Shown here piece after piece: positions 44,227 to 52,960 of a stretch of DNA of 54,276 bases. This stretch comes from a virus (taxonomy: Duplodnaviria; Caudoviricetes). The DNA lies in IMG/VR virus record IMGVR_UViG_3300034102_000129, positions 1 to 54,276 of that record. One strand, written 5' to 3'. The first letter of the stretch is position 1; every line of letters starts with the position of its first letter. A program made the position numbers and the translations under genes. A model generated the notes under the pieces. It was not told where the DNA came from. It made no database searches and was given only the letters and a program-made list of their open reading frames with translations.

Positions 44227-46803
44227 ATGGCCGTCGATAAAAGTTTGATGCAGGCTCCGCAGGGTCTTGAAGCACTTGCTGCTCCTGAACCGATTGAAAT
44301 CGTGATTGAAGACCCTGAAAGCGTGGCTATCGGGGTTGATGGCATGGTGGTCGAAATGGTTAAAGACGACCCACGTGCCGAGGATTTTGATGCCAACCTC
44401 GCTGACTTCATGAGTGAAGGCGAACTTGGGTCGCTTTCTGGCGAGTTGATCGGCCAGTATGAGCAAGACCTTGCTTCGCGTAAGGATTGGCTTGATACCT
44501 ACGTCAAGGGCTTGAAGATCCTAGGGATCAGGTATGAAGAGCGTACGGAGCCGTGGCCGGGCGCGTGTGGCGTGTTCCACCCCCTCCTCATGGAGTCGGC
44601 GGTCAAGTTTCAGTCCGAGACCATCATGGAGACTTTCCCGGCGGCAGGGCCGGTCAAGACCAAGATCATTGGTAAGGAGACCTCGGAGAAGAAAGCCTCC
44701 GCCATCCGTGTCTCGGATGACATGAACTATCAGTTGACCGAGGTGATGAAGGAGTACCGCCCTGAGCACGAGCGGATGCTGCTCAGCCTCGCCTTGGCAG
44801 GTAACGCCTTCAAGAAGGTCTACTTCGACCCCAGCCTTGACCGTCAGACTGCGATCTATATCCCGGCTGAAGACATCATCGTGCCGTATGGCGCGGCGAA
44901 TCTGGAGGGTGCTGAACGTGTTACGCATCGGATGCGTAAGACGAAGAACGAACTGATCAAACTGCAGTACGCAGGGTTCTATCGGGACATTGACTTGGGC
45001 GACCCGGTTCGCACGATGGACGAGGTAGAGAAGCAAAAGGCTGAAGATCAAGGCTTCTCAGCCACGATGGACGACAGGTTTCAGTTGCTTGAGATGCACG
45101 TGAGTATCGACCTGCCGGGTTATCCCGATGTCGATAAGGACAACAACGAGACAGGGATTGCGTTGCCGTATGTGGTGACGATTGAGAAGGGGACAGGGAC
45201 GGTTCTGGCGATTAGGCGGAACTGGAACGAAGATGACAAACTCAAATCAAAGCGACAGCACTTTGTGCATTACGGGTATATCCCCGGCTTTGGCTTCTAC
45301 TATTTTGGACTTATTCATCTCATCGGCGGCCACTCTAAGGCAGCCACCTCGCTCCTTCGTCAACTTATCGACGCAGGAACTCTTAGCAATCTTCCGGGTG
45401 GTCTCAAGTCACGTGGCCTGCGTATCAAGGGGGACGATACCCCCATTGCTCCCGGAGAGTTCCGCGACGTAGACGTGCCTTCGGGTGCGATCCGCGACAA
45501 CATCCTGCCCTTGCCGTACAAGGAGCCGAGCCAGACCCTTGCTATGTTGATGGACAAGGTGGTCGAGGATGGCCGTCGTTTCGCTGCGGTGTCAGATCTG
45601 AAGATCTCTGACATGTCCTCGCAGGCTCCGGTCGGCACGACCCTTGCTGTGCTTGAGCGTGTCCTCAAGGTCATGACGGCGGTTCAGGCCCGCATCTATT
45701 ACACGATGAAGCAGGAGTTCAAACTCCTCGCTGCGATCATCCGCGACAACACCCCGGATGAGTATTCGTACGAACCAGAGGTCGGTGATCGCAAGGCTAA
45801 GAAGGCTGACTACGATGATGTGGATGTCATCCCGGTCAGTGACCCGAACGCGGCCACGATGTCGCAGAAGATCGTGCAGTATCAAGCCGTGCTGCAGTTG
45901 AGCCAGTCTGCTCCCGCCATCTATGACATGCCGTATTTGCATCGGCAGATGATTGAGACGCTTGGCGTTAAGAACGCTGAGAAGATCATTCCGAATCTAG
46001 ATGACATGAAGCCCCGCGATCCGGTAACCGAGAACATGGACATCATGACGGGCAAACCCGCCAAAGCGTTCATCTATCAGGACCACGAAGCGCATCTGCA
46101 GGTTCACTTGTCGGCTATCCAAGACCCAAAGTTGCGGGAGATGATCGGTCAGAACCCGAAGGCGCAGGAGATCATGGGCGCTGCGATGGCGCACATCATG
46201 GAGCACGTAGCCTTCCAATATCGCCGTGAGATTGAGAAGCAGTTGGGCGCTTCGCTTCCGCCCCCGCCGAAAGATAAAGACGATAAGGAGATGGTGTTGC
46301 CAGAGGCTGTCGAGATTGAGATATCTCGCCTTGCCGCACAGGCTGCAGCCAAACTGCTCCAAAAGGATGTGCAGGAGGCTCAAGCCAAACAGGCCCAGCA
46401 ACAGGCTCAAGACCCCATCATTCAGATGCAGCAGATGGAGTTGCAACTTCGCCAGCAGGAACTACAACTCAAGGCGCAGCAGATCCAGATGGAGGCTCAG
46501 AACAAACAGACAGAACTGCAACTTGAGGCACAACTCAAACAGGCAGAACTGCAGCGCAAACAGCAAGAGATGCAGATCATGGCGGCGACCAAGGCCGATG
46601 AACTCGACCTTCGCAAACAAGAGATCGCCAACAGGACGCAGATCGATGCTGCACGACTCGGTGTGGATGTTCAGAAGCACAAGACCGGGCTGTCTGCTAA
46701 GCAGCAGGAAGCAGGGGTGCGTATGGGTATCGACATCGCAAAAACCAGAGACGCAGCCATGCGGGCTGCGCTACGACCGCCGAAAGGTGCAAAGGAGGAG
46801 TAA
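44227..46803 (+). CDS. portal protein (with long C-terminal Q-rich barrel helix)
   Basis: 858 aa after TerL, with PWPGACGVFHP, GNAFKKVYFD and APVGTTLA motifs and a coiled-coil tail. AGGAG RBS. Confidence 0.88.
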   Translation: MAVDKSLMQAPQGLEALAAPEPIEIVIEDPESVAIGVDGMVVEMVKDDPRAEDFDANLADFMSEGELGSLSGELIGQYEQDLASRKDWLDTYVKGLKILGIRYEERTEPWPGACGVFHPLLMESAVKFQSETIMETFPAAGPVKTKIIGKETSEKKASAIRVSDDMNYQLTEVMKEYRPEHERMLLSLALAGNAFKKVYFDPSLDRQTAIYIPAEDIIVPYGAANLEGAERVTHRMRKTKNELIKLQYAGFYRDIDLGDPVRTMDEVEKQKAEDQGFSATMDDRFQLLEMHVSIDLPGYPDVDKDNNETGIALPYVVTIEKGTGTVLAIRRNWNEDDKLKSKRQHFVHYGYIPGFGFYYFGLIHLIGGHSKAATSLLRQLIDAGTLSNLPGGLKSRGLRIKGDDTPIAPGEFRDVDVPSGAIRDNILPLPYKEPSQTLAMLMDKVVEDGRRFAAVSDLKISDMSSQAPVGTTLAVLERVLKVMTAVQARIYYTMKQEFKLLAAIIRDNTPDEYSYEPEVGDRKAKKADYDDVDVIPVSDPNAATMSQKIVQYQAVLQLSQSAPAIYDMPYLHRQMIETLGVKNAEKIIPNLDDMKPRDPVTENMDIMTGKPAKAFIYQDHEAHLQVHLSAIQDPKLREMIGQNPKAQEIMGAAMAHIMEHVAFQYRREIEKQLGASLPPPPKDKDDKEMVLPEAVEIEISRLAAQAAAKLLQKDVQEAQAKQAQQQAQDPIIQMQQMELQLRQQELQLKAQQIQMEAQNKQTELQLEAQLKQAELQRKQQEMQIMAATKADELDLRKQEIANRTQIDAARLGVDVQKHKTGLSAKQQEAGVRMGIDIAKTRDAAMRAALRPPKGAKEE

Positions 46804-46998
46804 ATGTCCTATTCAAACGCTCTGGAGTACTTGGACTCAAAACTCCAAGAAGAGCGCATGTTGATCGTAGACACCCTTATCCAAGGCAAATTGGACGAAG
46901 GTGAATACAAACGTCTTTGCGGGGTATTACAGGGTCTTGAACTCGCAAAGAACCACATAAAAGACCTTGCAAAACGCTTGGAGCGCGACGATGAGTAG
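46804..46998 (+). CDS. small conserved head-module protein
   Basis: 64 aa with YKRLCGVLQGL. AGGAGG RBS. Confidence 0.7.
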   Translation: MSYSNALEYLDSKLQEERMLIVDTLIQGKLDEGEYKRLCGVLQGLELAKNHIKDLAKRLERDDE

Positions 46999-47368
46999 CA
47001 TCAATGTAGAGAAGACACAGGAAGAAGCCACCAAGGCCAAACTCCTGCCAGAACCGAAAGGCTACCGAATCCTGTGTGCCGTGCCACACGTGGAGGAGGA
47101 GTACGAAGGCGGCATCATCAAGGCCGAGGATACCAAGAAGGTCGAGGAGCAGACGACGGTCGTCCTGTTCGTCGTCAAATTGGGAGACCTCGCCTACAAG
47201 GATGAGACCCGCTTCCCGACCGGTGCGTGGTGTAAGGAGGGGGATTTTGTGCTGACACGACCCTATTCCGGCACCCGCGTGGTCATCCACGGACGTGAGT
47301 TTCGCATCATCAACGACGACACGGTGGAAGCGGTGGTTGAAGACCCCCGTGGCATCCGTCGCGCATAG
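46991..47368 (+). CDS. GroES/Cpn10-like co-chaperonin
   Basis: PKGYRIL, GGII, CKEGDFVL..YSGT and RIINDDTVEAVV match the Cpn10 layout. Confidence 0.85.
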   Translation: MSSINVEKTQEEATKAKLLPEPKGYRILCAVPHVEEEYEGGIIKAEDTKKVEEQTTVVLFVVKLGDLAYKDETRFPTGAWCKEGDFVLTRPYSGTRVVIHGREFRIINDDTVEAVVEDPRGIRRA

Positions 47369-47377
47369 GAGTAATTT

Positions 47378-48358
47378 ATGGCTACTGAACAAACCGAGTT
47401 CAAATTTCCTGATGAAATTGAGTCAGAAAAAACTCAATCAAAACAGGAGTTTAACGACGAAATTGAAGTAAAGGTTGAGGATGACACACCCGAGGAAGAC
47501 CGAGGTCGTAAGCCACTGCCTAAAGAGGTAGTTAACGATTTGGAGAATGACGACCTTGAGGAGTATTCCGATAAGGTCAAAAAGCGTCTTGGTCAGATGA
47601 AAAAGGCGTGGCATGACGAGCGCCGCGAAAAAGAGCGTGCAGCGCGGGAGCGGGAGGAAACCTACCGTTTTGCCCAAGCCCAGATGGAGGAGAACCGTCG
47701 CCTCAAACAACGTCTTGGGGTGGGGGAGAGAGCCTTTGTTAATGAGATGACTAAGGCGGCTAATACCGACCTAGGTGTAGCGAAAGATAAACTAAAGACT
47801 GCTTATGAGTCTGGCGATGCTGAGCAAATCGCCGTTGCTCAAGAAATGCTGACTGATGCAAAACTCAAGTTGCAACAGTTCGCCCGGTTCCAGCCTGCTT
47901 TACAACAGCAGGATTCAGGAGTACAAGTAAACCAACAGGTACCGACGTTACCTACGTATTCGGCTCCAGTCATTGACCAAAAGGCCGAGGCTTGGAAGCA
48001 AAAAAATACGTGGTTTAACGTGGACGAGGAGATGACTGCCCTTGCGCTCGGCCTGCATGAAAAATTAGTCCGGTCTGGTGTAGATCCGCGTAGCGATGAT
48101 TATTACCGCCGAGTTGACGAGACAATGAGGAAGCGATTCCCCGAGGCGTTTGACAACGATGAAGGGGATACCGTGACTCAAACGAGGGAGCCTGATAAGC
48201 CCTCTCGCACAAAACCAGCCAATGTAGTGGCTCCGGTAACGCGGGGAACCGCGCCGCGTCAGGTACGCCTGACACCGACTCAAGTTGCTATCGCCAAGAA
48301 ATTGGGCCTGAGCAATGAACAGTACGCAAAAGAACTTATGAAACTGGAGGCTAACTAA
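47378..48358 (+). CDS. putative capsid scaffolding protein
   Basis: Acidic N-terminus, long coiled coil, C-terminal LTPTQVAIAKKLGLSNEQYAK. Lies between the portal and capsid genes. Confidence 0.7.
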   Translation: MATEQTEFKFPDEIESEKTQSKQEFNDEIEVKVEDDTPEEDRGRKPLPKEVVNDLENDDLEEYSDKVKKRLGQMKKAWHDERREKERAAREREETYRFAQAQMEENRRLKQRLGVGERAFVNEMTKAANTDLGVAKDKLKTAYESGDAEQIAVAQEMLTDAKLKLQQFARFQPALQQQDSGVQVNQQVPTLPTYSAPVIDQKAEAWKQKNTWFNVDEEMTALALGLHEKLVRSGVDPRSDDYYRRVDETMRKRFPEAFDNDEGDTVTQTREPDKPSRTKPANVVAPVTRGTAPRQVRLTPTQVAIAKKLGLSNEQYAKELMKLEAN

Positions 48359-48359
48359 A

Positions 48360-48809
48360 ATGGCTGAGAATAGACTCGCACGTGAACTCGAAAATCGGGA
48401 ATCCGCACAGCGCAAAATGGATTGGAAACCCCCTCAGACGCTCCCTGAACCGGAGCCGCAAGATGGTTGGGTCTTCCGCTGGATACGGACTAGTATTATG
48501 GGTCAGGCCGATCCCTCTAATACAGCCGCAAAATTTCGGGAAGGTTGGGAGCCTGTAAAGGTTTCTGAACAGCCTAAATTGATGATGCAAGCCGATCCTA
48601 ATGGACGTTTCAAAGACAACATTGAGATCGGCGGGTTGTTGTTGTGTAAGGCTCCGGCTGAACTAATGCAGCAGCGTGAGGACTATTACGCTAAGCAAGC
48701 AAAGGCTCAGTTGCAGTCTGTGGACAACAACTTTATGAGGCTGAACGATGAGCGTATGCCCCTCTTCAGTGAGAAGAAGACTACGGTCTCGTTTGGCAAA
48801 GGCAAATAA
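48360..48809 (+). CDS. conserved head-module protein
   Basis: FRWIRTS, REGWEPV and IGGLLLCK motifs. GGAGG RBS. Confidence 0.7.
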   Translation: MAENRLARELENRESAQRKMDWKPPQTLPEPEPQDGWVFRWIRTSIMGQADPSNTAAKFREGWEPVKVSEQPKLMMQADPNGRFKDNIEIGGLLLCKAPAELMQQREDYYAKQAKAQLQSVDNNFMRLNDERMPLFSEKKTTVSFGKGK

Positions 48810-48829
48810 CTTCTTTTTTGGAGTAACTA

Positions 48830-49492
48830 ATGGCATATCCTACTGTTGACAAGCCGTATGGCTTGAAGCCGATCAACTTGATCGGCGGGCAGGTGTTTGC
48901 CGGGGCAACTCGCCAGCGTCGTATTGCGTCCAGTGCTGCGAGCATTGGCTACGGCGATCCGGTTCAGTTGACTTCGAGCGGCACTATTTCTGTTTCCACC
49001 TCGACGACGACGCCCCCGGACGCTGGCTTTGCCGGTGTGTTCTTGGGCTGTTCGTTCGTGTCCACTGTGACGGGTCAGCCGACCTTCTCGCAGGCTTGGA
49101 TTTCGGGCACTTCGGTGAAGTCCGGCACGTACGTTACGGCGTATGTGGCTGATGATCCGAACACCCTGTTCAAGGCTGTGGGCGTTTCGGCGTCCCTGAA
49201 CGTCTCGACCACGAGCGGGTTCACGTACGAGGATATCGGTGCCAACGTTGCACTGGTTGACGAGGCGCTGAACACGACGACGAACGACTCGCAGCGGGGT
49301 CTCCTGCTGTCTTCGGTTGCGACCACCCGGTCTCTGCCGATGCGTATCGTCGATGTAGTCGAAGACACGGCGTTTGTTTCGAGCGGCACTACCTACTATC
49401 CCGAAGTTATCGTGAAGTTCAATGCACCGTACCTCACGAGCGTTTCGTTGATTGTTGGTGGTCACGCTTACAACTGCCCCGTCGGCGTTTAA
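48830..49492 (+). CDS. putative capsid decoration / minor capsid protein
   Basis: PYGLKP, GVFLGCSF and VADDP. S/T-rich beta protein directly before the MCP. Confidence 0.65.
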   Translation: MAYPTVDKPYGLKPINLIGGQVFAGATRQRRIASSAASIGYGDPVQLTSSGTISVSTSTTTPPDAGFAGVFLGCSFVSTVTGQPTFSQAWISGTSVKSGTYVTAYVADDPNTLFKAVGVSASLNVSTTSGFTYEDIGANVALVDEALNTTTNDSQRGLLLSSVATTRSLPMRIVDVVEDTAFVSSGTTYYPEVIVKFNAPYLTSVSLIVGGHAYNCPVGV

Positions 49493-49509
49493 TAAGGGAG
49501 TTCTAAGAC

Positions 49510-50418
49510 ATGGCTATTTCACGCGCACAACTGCTCAAGGAACTCCTTCCGGGTTTGAACGCCCTGTTTGGCCTTGAGTACAAAAACTATGGCGAAGAGC
49601 ACAAGGAGATCTACGAAACTGAGACCTCCGAACGCTCGTTTGAAGAGGAGACCAAACTTTCTGGTTTCAGTGCTGCTCCGGTTAAGTCGGAAGGCGCTGC
49701 AATTGCGTATGACAACGCACAGGAAGCGTGGACTGCTCGCTACAGCCACGAGACGATTGCTCTCGGCTTCTCCATCACGGAAGAAGCGGTTGAAGACAAC
49801 CTGTACGATTCGCTGTCCAAGCGATACACCAAGGCGCTCGCCCGAGCGATGGCGTACACGAAGCAGGTCAAGGCGGCTTCTGTCCTGAACAATGGCTTCT
49901 CGTCGTCCTACGTTGGTGGCGACGGTGTGGCTCTGTTCAGTGCGAATCACCCGCTTGTTTCTGGTGGCACCAACAGCAACCGTCTGACGGCTTCTGACCT
50001 CAACGAGACTTCGTTGGAAGCGGCTGTCATCCAGATTGCTGGTTGGACGGACGAGCGTGGACTTCTGATCGCGGCGAAACCCGGTAAACTCATCGTGCCC
50101 CCGCCGTTGATGTTTACCGCTAAGCGCCTCCTCGATACGGAACTTCGCGTGGCAACTGCGGACAACGACATCAACGCTCTCAAGGCGATGGGGTCGATTC
50201 CCGGTGGCTACACGGTGAATCACTACCTGACGGATACGAACGCTTGGTTCCTGACCACGGACGTTCCGAATGGTATGAAGCACTTCGTTCGTACCCCGCT
50301 GCAGAACTCCATGGACGGTGACTTTGATACCGGGAATGTCCGTTATAAGAGCCGCGAGCGTTACTCGTTCGGCTGGTCGGACCCCCTTGGTATGTTTGGT
50401 TCGCCGGGTTCGTCCTGA
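49510..50418 (+). CDS. major capsid protein (Mu gpT-like, HK97 fold)
   Basis: MAISRAQLLKELLPGLNALFG, GDGVALFSANHP, KLIVPP, AWFL and RERYSFGWSD. Strongly biased codon usage. Confidence 0.9.
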   Translation: MAISRAQLLKELLPGLNALFGLEYKNYGEEHKEIYETETSERSFEEETKLSGFSAAPVKSEGAAIAYDNAQEAWTARYSHETIALGFSITEEAVEDNLYDSLSKRYTKALARAMAYTKQVKAASVLNNGFSSSYVGGDGVALFSANHPLVSGGTNSNRLTASDLNETSLEAAVIQIAGWTDERGLLIAAKPGKLIVPPPLMFTAKRLLDTELRVATADNDINALKAMGSIPGGYTVNHYLTDTNAWFLTTDVPNGMKHFVRTPLQNSMDGDFDTGNVRYKSRERYSFGWSDPLGMFGSPGSS

Positions 50419-50442
50419 TAAATCAGTATATTACGCTGATTG

Positions 50443-50471
50443 GAAGGGGGGCTTCGGCCCCCTTTCTTTTT
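50443..50471 (+). terminator. intrinsic terminator after the MCP
   Basis: GAAGGGGGGC-TTCG-GCCCCCTTTC followed by TTTTT, with a cUUCGg tetraloop. Confidence 0.88.
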
Positions 50472-50474
50472 GTC

Positions 50475-50503
50475 TTGACGTTCTAAACTAACCAAGTTAG
50501 TCT
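50475..50503 (+). promoter_or_regulatory. sigma70-like promoter for the HNH gene
   Basis: TTGACG-17 nt-TAGTCT. Confidence 0.5.
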
Positions 50504-50532
50504 TTACCTGTATCAAAGTCCTAGAGGTAAAG

Positions 50533-51183
50533 ATGGATACTTCAACGCTGCCCAAATCCCGCGCCGAGGCTAAAGCCAAAGGTGCCAAGTACTACTTCAC
50601 GGGGGCGCCGTGCAAACACGGTCATGTCGCCCCGCGCAAGACCAAGGGGGCTTGTGTGGAATGCCTAAAGGTTGAATGGGAAAAGGGTAACGTTGCCCGT
50701 GCCGAATACTTCAGGCAATACAATCAATCTGAAGCAGGCAAAAAAGCCAAACAGGAGTATTACGAAAAGAACAAAGGGCTAGTCAAACTCAAAGCCCTTG
50801 CTCGCCCAAATGAAATTAGGCGTGAGTATCGTAAAAAACATAAACAAAACAATCCTGATATGTATCGGGCATTGACCCGCTCTAGACGTAGAAAACACCG
50901 TAACGCCACCCCCAAATGGCTTACTGCGGAGCAAAAACGGGCGATGCGGCAGTTGTACATCGACGCCATGACAGTGACCCGTATTACTAAAGTGCCATAT
51001 GTCGTGGATCACATCATCCCGTTAAATGGCGAAAGCGTGTCCGGGCTGCACGTGCCTTGGAACCTGCGAGTTATCACGCGGGAAGAGAATTTGAGAAAGT
51101 CAAACCAACTTGTTGACATCCCCCAAGTCACGGCGTATATAGAGTCATCGGGAAAAATCCGCTTGCCAGACAGCCCCGACTGA
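50533..51183 (+). CDS. HNH homing endonuclease
   Basis: YFTGAPCKHGH..CVEC zinc module and VDHIIPL..SGLHVPWNL..EENLRK HNH motif. Confidence 0.9.
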   Translation: MDTSTLPKSRAEAKAKGAKYYFTGAPCKHGHVAPRKTKGACVECLKVEWEKGNVARAEYFRQYNQSEAGKKAKQEYYEKNKGLVKLKALARPNEIRREYRKKHKQNNPDMYRALTRSRRRKHRNATPKWLTAEQKRAMRQLYIDAMTVTRITKVPYVVDHIIPLNGESVSGLHVPWNLRVITREENLRKSNQLVDIPQVTAYIESSGKIRLPDSPD

Positions 51184-51221
51184 CGACATGCAGACTGGCA
51201 GGCTTGACTCGCATGTGAGGT
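51142..51221 (+). ncRNA. candidate pseudoknotted RNA downstream of the gpT-like MCP (possibly the Mu-gpT-DE motif)
   Basis: Stem GCTTGCCAG(51161-69)/CTGGCAGGC(51195-203). Pairings TCGGG/CCCGA, ACATGC/GCATGT and GAGTCA/TGACTC. TTGACA at 51113 upstream. Confidence 0.55.
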
Positions 51222-51228
51222 ATTTTCA

Positions 51229-51462
51229 ATGGCTAGAACTTCATTCACGGGGCCGGTAACTTCGGCAAATGGCTTTGAAGGCCCAATTGCTGGCGATTCC
51301 GCCGTCATCACCAACCTGCTTTGCACGACTCTGACGATTGGCAGCACTAAACTGACGACCGGTTCGGTTTCGGGCACGGTATCGGTTCAGGCAGGTCGTA
51401 TTCCGGTTCTCATCGGCAGCACCACGCTCTACATCGGCCTGTACGCCAGTCTCGTCCCGTAA
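51229..51462 (+). CDS. small virion structural protein
   Basis: MARTSFTGPVTSANGF N-terminus. GAGGT RBS. Confidence 0.7.
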   Translation: MARTSFTGPVTSANGFEGPIAGDSAVITNLLCTTLTIGSTKLTTGSVSGTVSVQAGRIPVLIGSTTLYIGLYASLVP

Positions 51463-51511
51463 GATTTCGTGGGGGGCGTAAGCCCCCTTCATCCATTACA
51501 GGAGACTCAGA

Positions 51512-51817
51512 ATGGGTATGCAGACAGATGTCTTAGCCAGCAAAGTTGCTACGACTGCGGGTGACTTGTTAGATCAAAATAGCCTTGTTATTGGTCGCTC
51601 TCGTGTAAAGGCGATTTACATCGTCCCAGATAGCGGCGCAGGCACCGTGACGTTCTATGACGGTGGGGCAAGCGGCCCGGTCAAGATTGCAGTGAACACC
51701 AAGGCGAGTTCCACTGCGCCGGACTACGTGCTGTTGCCCGGTGAGGGTCTGCTTTTTCAGACCAGCATCTACATCGTCCCGTCAGCCGTTATCTCGACGA
51801 TGGTGATTTATGGCTAA
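51512..51817 (+). CDS. small virion structural protein
   Basis: MQTDV, RVKAIY and LPGEGLLF beta-rich motifs. AGGAG RBS. Confidence 0.7.
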   Translation: MGMQTDVLASKVATTAGDLLDQNSLVIGRSRVKAIYIVPDSGAGTVTFYDGGASGPVKIAVNTKASSTAPDYVLLPGEGLLFQTSIYIVPSAVISTMVIYG

Positions 51818-52064
51818 GTCCCCTGCTTGGCAGCGCAAGGAAGGGAAAAATCCTGCTGGCGGATTGAATGCCAAAGGCAGGGCTTCGTATAACGCAGCCA
51901 ACCCCGGCAAGCCGGGTCTGAAGCGCCCTCAACCGGAAGGTGGGCCTCGCAAGAAGTCATTCTGTGCCCGTATGACAGGCATGAAGAAGAAACTGACAAG
52001 TGCCAAGACGGCAAACGACCCGAACAGCCGGATCAACAAGTCGCTCAGGGCATGGAAGTGCTGA
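51810..52064 (+). CDS. small basic protein (DUF6321-like)
   Basis: KNPAGGLNAKGR, RKKSFCARM and SLRAWKC. Confidence 0.7.
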   Translation: MAKSPAWQRKEGKNPAGGLNAKGRASYNAANPGKPGLKRPQPEGGPRKKSFCARMTGMKKKLTSAKTANDPNSRINKSLRAWKC

Positions 52065-52065
52065 G

Positions 52066-52215
52066 ATGCCAAGCAAGTCCAAAGCACAGGCAAATCTGAT
52101 GCGGGCAGCCGCCCATAATCCAACCTTCGCTAAAAAAGTCGGGGTCCCGACCAAGGTGGCGAAGGAATTTACCAAGGCCGACAAAGGCCGTAAATTCAGG
52201 AGTAAGTCGAAATGA
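52066..52215 (+). CDS. small basic protein
   Basis: MPSKSKAQANLMRAAAHNPTFAKKVGVP..EF..AD. Confidence 0.7.
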   Translation: MPSKSKAQANLMRAAAHNPTFAKKVGVPTKVAKEFTKADKGRKFRSKSK

Positions 52216-52409
52216 AGATGAAAATGAAAGGTATGGCTGACAAGGCCGGTCGCGCCATGAAGCGTCGTACGCCGGACACGATGGGCCGTGCAATGATGAA
52301 GGGCTACAAGGAAGGCGGCGCGGTCTACCGCAAGGGTGCCGATGGCATCACTGCTAAGGGCAAGACCAAGGGCAAGATGGTCAAGATGGCTCATGGCGGT
52401 AAGTGCTAA
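52212..52409 (+). CDS. small basic K/M/G-rich protein
   Basis: YKEGG, ADGITAKGKTKG and MAHGG. AGGAG RBS. Confidence 0.65.
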   Translation: MKMKMKGMADKAGRAMKRRTPDTMGRAMMKGYKEGGAVYRKGADGITAKGKTKGKMVKMAHGGKC

Positions 52410-52960
52410 TGGCCGGGCCGCAACGCGGTACTGCTGCGCGTGGAAAACGGCAGGGGAATATTGAACGTACTCTTCGGGAATATGAGGAGACTACGGGATC
52501 GCCAAGAAGTAAATATTTTCGCAAGATAATTGACGAGAATATTGATACGGATACGGCTCCGTCTTCTTTGCGTGGTCCCGCGCCTAGAACTATGGGGCCA
52601 AAAGACGAAGAAGAATATCTTCGAGTTGGTGCGGCTTTGGAAGACGCTAGTGACGGAGTTGTGGACGCAAAGTACTCACGTATACGGCGGAATAAAGAAG
52701 CACTCGACCGTTCTATGCGTGGCGCTGCAAAGCGATTTGGGCGCAGTTCTGAATCTGATTCTCCGGGCTACAAAAAGGGCGGTATGCCTGACTTGACTGG
52801 CGACGGTAAGGTGACCCGCGCTGACGTTCTCAAGGGGCGTGGCGTGTTCAAGCATGGCGGCAAAGTCAAGAAGTACGCTTCTGGCGGCTCGGTCTCTTCG
52901 GCTTCTAAGCGGGCTGATGGCATCGCCGTCAAGGGCAAGACTAAGGGAAGATTTGTCTGA
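52409..52960 (+). CDS. basic protein with an EF-hand-like loop and xxGG motifs
   Basis: YKKGG, DLTGDGKVTRAD, FKHGG, YASGG and RADGIAVKGKTKG. Confidence 0.65.
   Translation: MAGPQRGTAARGKRQGNIERTLREYEETTGSPRSKYFRKIIDENIDTDTAPSSLRGPAPRTMGPKDEEEYLRVGAALEDASDGVVDAKYSRIRRNKEALDRSMRGAAKRFGRSSESDSPGYKKGGMPDLTGDGKVTRADVLKGRGVFKHGGKVKKYASGGSVSSASKRADGIAVKGKTKGRFV

Noticed and set aside
46226-46864. 212-aa alternative-frame ORF in the portal 3' end
   Set aside because: An R/S/C-rich by-product of CAG/GAG-rich coding, with no RBS and no protein-like pattern, unlike the 12770 ORF.
49519-50283. 254-aa minus-strand ORF
   Set aside because: Antisense to the MCP and explained by its strong codon bias.
51472-51487. 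GGGGGC-GTAA-GCCCCC hairpin as a terminator
   Set aside because: No U-tract follows. It may be a stabilising or processing hairpin, but termination is unsupported.
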